Shown here piece after piece: positions 60,315 through 64,000 of a DNA stretch of 64,000 nucleotides (positions are counted from its first letter, which is position 1; each line of letters starts with the position of its first letter). The DNA comes from an uncultured Acidobacteriota bacterium. Lineage in GTDB: Bacteria > Acidobacteriota > Thermoanaerobaculia > Multivoradales > UBA5704. The notes below the pieces were generated by a model, which worked only from the letters and a program-made list of their open reading frames with translations, was not told where the DNA came from and did no database searches. The DNA lies in NCBI GenBank assembly GCA_963832495.1, contig CAWHUF010000012.1, positions 74,140-138,139 of the forward strand. The letters are read 5' to 3'. The translations under genes and the position numbers were made by a program.

Positions 60315-61358
60315 CTACTGCTGCTGCTGGGTCGGCACCGCCTGCGCGGGGCACAACACCCGGTTGGGTACGGGGTTGGCGTCCACGTCGACGGGATTGG
60401 CGTCCACGTCGACATCCGTGCCCTGCCGCGTATCCACCTCGGTGGCAGACGTACCCTGGAGGGTACCGTTGACGGTCGTCGTGGTCGTCGTGGTGGTGCC
60501 GCTCGTGATCGGCGGGCAGTCGTTCGGCGGCTTCGCCACGTGCCTCAGGGAGTACACCGCGTGATCATGCGTGGTGGTTCCGCAGGGGTTCCAGGGCGGC
60601 GCCGGGAAATAGCCGACGTGGAACTCCAGGCCCGGGAAACCGGCCTGCTTGCGGCCTACCGTCGTGTAATCGTTGACGCCGTTGAAGGTGCCGTCGACGT
60701 TGACACCGGCCGGGATCGGGGTGATGCCCTTGGTGGCCGGGTTGAAGCCGTTCGGTCCGAAAGCGACCAGCCAGCAGACGTTGGTGGCGTTCAACGTCAG
60801 CGGCCCCGGGCAGCCCGGGACCAGGCCGCAGTCGAGGACCACCTGGTTGGCGGGGTTGGCCACCTCGGTGAACACCAGCTTCGGCAGCACGGGGAAACTC
60901 GAGTTGAAACGGCCGCCGTCCGGCGTCTGCCGGATGGCCGTGATCGTGCCGGGCCCCGAGGGGATCTCCGACAGGGCGACCACCAGGTTGTAGAGCACGC
61001 TGTTGACCGTCGTCTGGCCCTTGAGGCGCAGAGCCTGGATCTCGACGCTGAACGTGTGGGTCTCCGGGAAGGTCGTGAACGTCACCGACGGGGGGTAACG
61101 CTGCAGCAACGTGTCGATCGAGCCCAGGGCGCCGGTAAGCGGCTGGCCGCCCAGGGTGACCACCGCCGGGCTGGCGGTTCCGGGCGAGCCGAACACCGCC
61201 GCGAGCGGAAACACGCTCAGGTCGATCTGGGAGCTGCCTGCCGGGGTCGTCCAACCGTCGTTGCCCGGCGCCACCGTGATCGGCTGGGCCGCCGCCGGCA
61301 GCGCCAGGGCTACCAGAGCCAGCCCCAAAAGCCACCTTCTCCATGAATTTCGCAGCAT
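60315..61358 (-). CDS. Secreted hypothetical protein (347 aa) with a Thr8 run and DVDANPV repeats near the C-terminus
   Basis: AAAGGAGG lies upstream. The signal peptide is MLRNSWRRWLLGLALVALALPAAAQP. I recognise no catalytic motif. The tail is ...ITSGTTTTTTTTVNGTLQG...DVDVDANPVDVDANPVPNRVLCPAQAVPTQQQQ. Confidence 0.7.
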   Translation of the reverse strand: MLRNSWRRWLLGLALVALALPAAAQPITVAPGNDGWTTPAGSSQIDLSVFPLAAVFGSPGTASPAVVTLGGQPLTGALGSIDTLLQRYPPSVTFTTFPETHTFSVEIQALRLKGQTTVNSVLYNLVVALSEIPSGPGTITAIRQTPDGGRFNSSFPVLPKLVFTEVANPANQVVLDCGLVPGCPGPLTLNATNVCWLVAFGPNGFNPATKGITPIPAGVNVDGTFNGVNDYTTVGRKQAGFPGLEFHVGYFPAPPWNPCGTTTHDHAVYSLRHVAKPPNDCPPITSGTTTTTTTTVNGTLQGTSATEVDTRQGTDVDVDANPVDVDANPVPNRVLCPAQAVPTQQQQ

Positions 61359-61533
61359 TTCTTTCTCCTCCTTTACGATAAAATCTTATTTTTACCGCAT
61401 ACACATTTAAGGGTGCTTGACTAGCACGAGACGGGACAAAAACCTGGGACGAAGCTGTGACGGAGAGGAGCCGGACGGCCCCCCCTGAAGGGGTACAGGC
61501 TTACTGGCCGCTTTGGCGAAAGAAGAGAGAAAG

Positions 61534-62475
61534 CTACCGTCGCAACCGGTCCCGCAACCGGCGCAGCATCAGCCGCCGCCGGCGGGTCAGCCGGGGCCGC
61601 GGCTCTCCCCGTTGGGCGGCGATCTCACGGCCGATCTCCGAGTTGACCTCGCCCCCCATCAGCAGGGCGAAGGCGCTCAGATAGAACCAGACCATCAGCA
61701 GGATCAAGGCGCCCAGCGAGCCGTAGGCCGTGGTGTAGGCGTGGAAATAGGAGAGATAGAAACGCAGGCCCAGGGAGGCCAGCAGCCAGAGGGCGACTCC
61801 CGTGACCGCCCCCGGCGTGCCCCACTGGCGGTTGGGGCTGTCGCCCAGGTTCGGGGCGTAGTTGTAGACCAGCTCGAACCCGATCACCACGAACACCAGC
61901 ACCAGCACCCACTGGACGATTCCCCAGGTGACGGCGAAGGCGGCGCCGATCCCCAGGCTATCCGCGATCGCCTTGCCGATCGCGCCGCCGTAGAAGAACA
62001 GCACCAGGGCGCAGACGATGAGGATGGCGACCGTCACGGTGAGCACGATGGCCATGATCCGCCGCTTCCACCAGGGGCGGGTCTCCTTGAAGCCGCAGGC
62101 GGTGTTCAGCGTGCGCGACACGGCCAGCATGCCGTTCGAGGCCACCCAGATGGCCGCGAACAGGGAGAGGTAGAGCTTGGCCCCGGTGCGGGCGACCGTG
62201 ATCTCGGTCAGGGTGTTGTTGAGGAGCGCCGTCACGTCCGCGCTGGGGGAGACTCGCGCGAGGTACTGGAACAGGTTCAACCGCAGCTCGGCGCTCGCCT
62301 GGGCCAGGTACCCCAGGAGCGTGGTGAGGAACAGCAGCAGGGGGAAGATGGAGAACAGGAAGAAATACGCCAGCTCCGCGCACCGCCCCAGGACCTCGTC
62401 CTCCCAGATCTGCCGCCACAGCCGCATCCCGAGCTGCTTCCAGGTGAGGCCGGCGCGGGTCCAGAGCGACGTCAT
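61534..62475 (-). CDS. YihY/BrkB (virulence factor BrkB / former RNase BN) family membrane protein
   Basis: ATG at codon 38 of track ORF 61534..62586. CAELAYFFLFSIFPLLLFLTTLLGY ... YGSLGALILLMVWFYLSAFALLMGGEVNSE is the family signature. Confidence 0.85.
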   Translation of the reverse strand: MTSLWTRAGLTWKQLGMRLWRQIWEDEVLGRCAELAYFFLFSIFPLLLFLTTLLGYLAQASAELRLNLFQYLARVSPSADVTALLNNTLTEITVARTGAKLYLSLFAAIWVASNGMLAVSRTLNTACGFKETRPWWKRRIMAIVLTVTVAILIVCALVLFFYGGAIGKAIADSLGIGAAFAVTWGIVQWVLVLVFVVIGFELVYNYAPNLGDSPNRQWGTPGAVTGVALWLLASLGLRFYLSYFHAYTTAYGSLGALILLMVWFYLSAFALLMGGEVNSEIGREIAAQRGEPRPRLTRRRRLMLRRLRDRLRR

Positions 62476-62494
62476 GGCTGGAAGATAGCAGTTC

Positions 62495-62533
62495 CCCGTC
62501 CGTGCCTGTCCGTGTCCGTCCGTGACGGTCCTT
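62495..62533. repeat. Short degenerate GTCCGTG array, related to the 2266-2333 decamers, in a divergent promoter region
   Basis: CCCGTCCGTGCCTGTCCGTGTCCGTCCGTGACGGTCCTTC lies between the yihY-like start (62475, minus) and the ligA start (62585, plus). Confidence 0.75.
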
Positions 62534-62584
62534 CTCGGTGCTAGAGTCTCCCCCGCCAACGTTTCTAAGGAGAAACGCCCACTC

Positions 62585-64000
62585 ATGACCCGCCCTTCAG
62601 GGGATCAATCCAAGGCCGCCGAGCGGATCGCCAAGCTGCGCGCCGAGATCCGCCACCACGACTATCTCTACTACGTCGAAGACCGCCCGGAGATCGCCGA
62701 CGCGGGCTACGACCGCCTGTTCCACGAGCTCGAAGACCTGGAGAAGCAGTTCCCCGACCTGGTCTCGGACGACTCCCCCACCCAACGGGTCGCGGGCCAG
62801 CCGCTCGACACCTTCCCGACCATCGAGCACGCGGCTCCCATGCTGTCGCTCGACTCCAATCAGGACGAAGCCGCCCTGCGCCGCTTCGACGAGCGGCTGC
62901 GTAAGGGCCTGGGCGCGGACTTCCCCGTAGAGTACGTCCTCGAGCCCAAGCTCGACGGCCTCTCGGTCGAGCTGGTCTACCGGGACGGCGCCCTGCTCCA
63001 GGCCTCGACCCGCGGCGACGGGAGGAAGGGCGAGGGGATCACGGCCAACGTGCGCACCATCCAGAGCGTCCCCCTGCGGCTGCGCGAAGGCAAGCGCCCG
63101 GTCCCCCCTTTCCTCGCCGTGCGGGGCGAGATCATCATGTTCTCCGAGGGCTTCGACAAGCTCAACGAGTCCCTGATCGCCGGGGGCAAAGAGCCCTTCG
63201 CCAATCCCAGGAACGCCGCGGCCGGCGGCGTGCGCCAGCTCGATCCCCAGATCACGGCCTCCCGGCCTCTCCACCTCTACGCCTACGACATCCTGGCCTC
63301 AGAAGGACTGGAGGGGATCGAGACCCAGTGGGACGTCCTTCAGGCTCTGAAGGGGTGGGGCCTCAAAGTCAACGAGCGGATCCAGAAGTGCAAGACCGTC
63401 GAGGACGTCCAGGAGTACCACAACGGCCTGGAGTCCGAGCGGGACGACCTCGGCTACGAGATCGACGGCGTCGTCATCAAGCTGAACGACCTGGAAGCCC
63501 GCGAGACCCTGGGCTGGACCTCCCGCCATCCGCGCTGGGCCTTCGCCTACAAGTTCCCGCCGCGGAAGGAGATCACCCGCATCCTCTCCATCCTTCCTTC
63601 CGTGGGGCGGACGGGCGTGGTGACCCCCGTGGCGATCATGCTCCCCGTCGAGATCGGCGGCGTCACCGTGGCCCGGGCCACCCTCCACAACCGCGAGGAG
63701 ATCGTTCGGAAGGACGTACGCGAGGGCGACCGCGTGCGGGTCCAGCGGGCGGGCGACGTTATCCCCCAGGTCATCGAGAGAATCGACGAGCCCGACCGCG
63801 AACGCGGCCCCGAGTGGCGCATGCCCGAGACGTGCCCCTCCTGCGGTACGAAGCTCACCGAGCGCGGCCCCTTCACCGTCTGCCCCAATAGCTTCGAGTG
63901 CCCGGCCCAGCTCGCCGGCCGGATCGTGCACTTCGCCTCCCGGGATGCTTTGGACATCGAGGGCCTGGGGGACGAGACCTCCAAGCTCTTCGTGGCCCAG
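62585..64000 (+). CDS. ligA: NAD-dependent DNA ligase LigA (N-terminal 472 codons; continues past the window end)
   Basis: Not in the ORF track because it is open at the window edge. My translation from the ATG at 62585 gives MTRPSGDQSKAAERIAKLRAEIRHHDYLYYVEDRPEIADAGYDRLFHELEDLEKQFPDL...EYVLEPKLDGLSVELVY (KxDG adenylation lysine)...STRGDGRKGEGIT...GYEIDGVVIKL...WAFAYKFPP...GRTGVVTPVA...ATLHN...CPSCGTKL...CPNSFECPAQ (Zn finger). Confidence 0.93.
   Translation, partial: MTRPSGDQSKAAERIAKLRAEIRHHDYLYYVEDRPEIADAGYDRLFHELEDLEKQFPDLVSDDSPTQRVAGQPLDTFPTIEHAAPMLSLDSNQDEAALRRFDERLRKGLGADFPVEYVLEPKLDGLSVELVYRDGALLQASTRGDGRKGEGITANVRTIQSVPLRLREGKRPVPPFLAVRGEIIMFSEGFDKLNESLIAGGKEPFANPRNAAAGGVRQLDPQITASRPLHLYAYDILASEGLEGIETQWDVLQALKGWGLKVNERIQKCKTVEDVQEYHNGLESERDDLGYEIDGVVIKLNDLEARETLGWTSRHPRWAFAYKFPPRKEITRILSILPSVGRTGVVTPVAIMLPVEIGGVTVARATLHNREEIVRKDVREGDRVRVQRAGDVIPQVIERIDEPDRERGPEWRMPETCPSCGTKLTERGPFTVCPNSFECPAQLAGRIVHFASRDALDIEGLGDETSKLFVAQ

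Noticed and set aside
51464-60354. ORFs 51464..53104(-), 53858..55288(-), 55745..57376(-), 57702..60044(+, 780 aa) and 58174..60354(-, 726 aa)
   Set aside because: They are shadow frames of the PKS and second MMPL genes, with no independent motifs and biased composition.
1-64000. Mobile genetic element, prophage or genomic island borders (integrase, transposase, tRNA, direct repeats)
   Set aside because: I recognised no integrase, transposase or phage gene and no tRNA. The only compositional anomaly is the intragenic low-GC patch at 14.05-15.5 kb. The repeat elements present are short and non-autonomous.

Overview
High-GC bacterial chromosomal segment: about 63-72% GC in hand-counted 60-nt lines, with one lower-GC patch. 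Two ADOP-type duplicated orphan permeases and the overall gene content suggest an Acidobacteriota-like organism (inference). I see about 45 protein-coding genes and no rRNA, tRNA, CRISPR, transposase or integrase. Layout: (i) 1-5.7 kb holds an S9 peptidase (partial), a GNAT, a 2OG-Fe(II) oxygenase, a dynamin-like GTPase and an AmpG-type permease. (ii) 5.8-20.9 kb is a cell-surface block. It has two giant SLH-anchored exoproteases: an S8 subtilase at 5789-9220 and an HExxH metalloprotease-like protein at 11423-16630 carrying five near-identical 255-bp repeats. It also has two polytopic GT-C-like membrane proteins, PspC and an aldehyde dehydrogenase. (iii) 20.9-43.4 kb is a mixed accessory stretch: VOC proteins, hydrolases, an orphan exbD bracketed by two unrelated 21-bp tandem arrays, an OmpR/HK two-component system followed by a 10-Cys secreted peptide, an L,D-transpeptidase, an M20 peptidase, ADOP permeases, a GT2, a PlsC-like acyltransferase, an M50-CBS protease, DJ-1 and a Tat amine oxidase. 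At least four genes here are broken by single-nucleotide frameshifts, and a fifth is a truncated remnant. (iv) 43.6-60.3 kb is the stand-out feature, a tightly packed co-directional operon: VOC, MMPL, secreted unknown, unbL (DUF1702), unbV, unbU, a 1935-aa iterative type I PKS (KS-AT-ACP-KR-DH-PPTase), a hotdog thioesterase and a second MMPL. This is a complete minimal enediyne-type PKS cassette with no recognisable tailoring genes, bracketed by paralogous RND/MMPL exporters. (v) 60.3-64 kb holds a secreted hypothetical, YihY/BrkB and ligA (partial). Several families of short non-coding repeats sit in intergenic regions: GGACA-type 9-mer hairpin elements, GTCCGTGCCC decamer arrays, 21-bp arrays and a palindrome pair. 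All functional calls come from motif recognition by eye in the supplied translations or my own. No database search was possible. Coordinates read directly off the sequence lines may be off by 1-2 nt.
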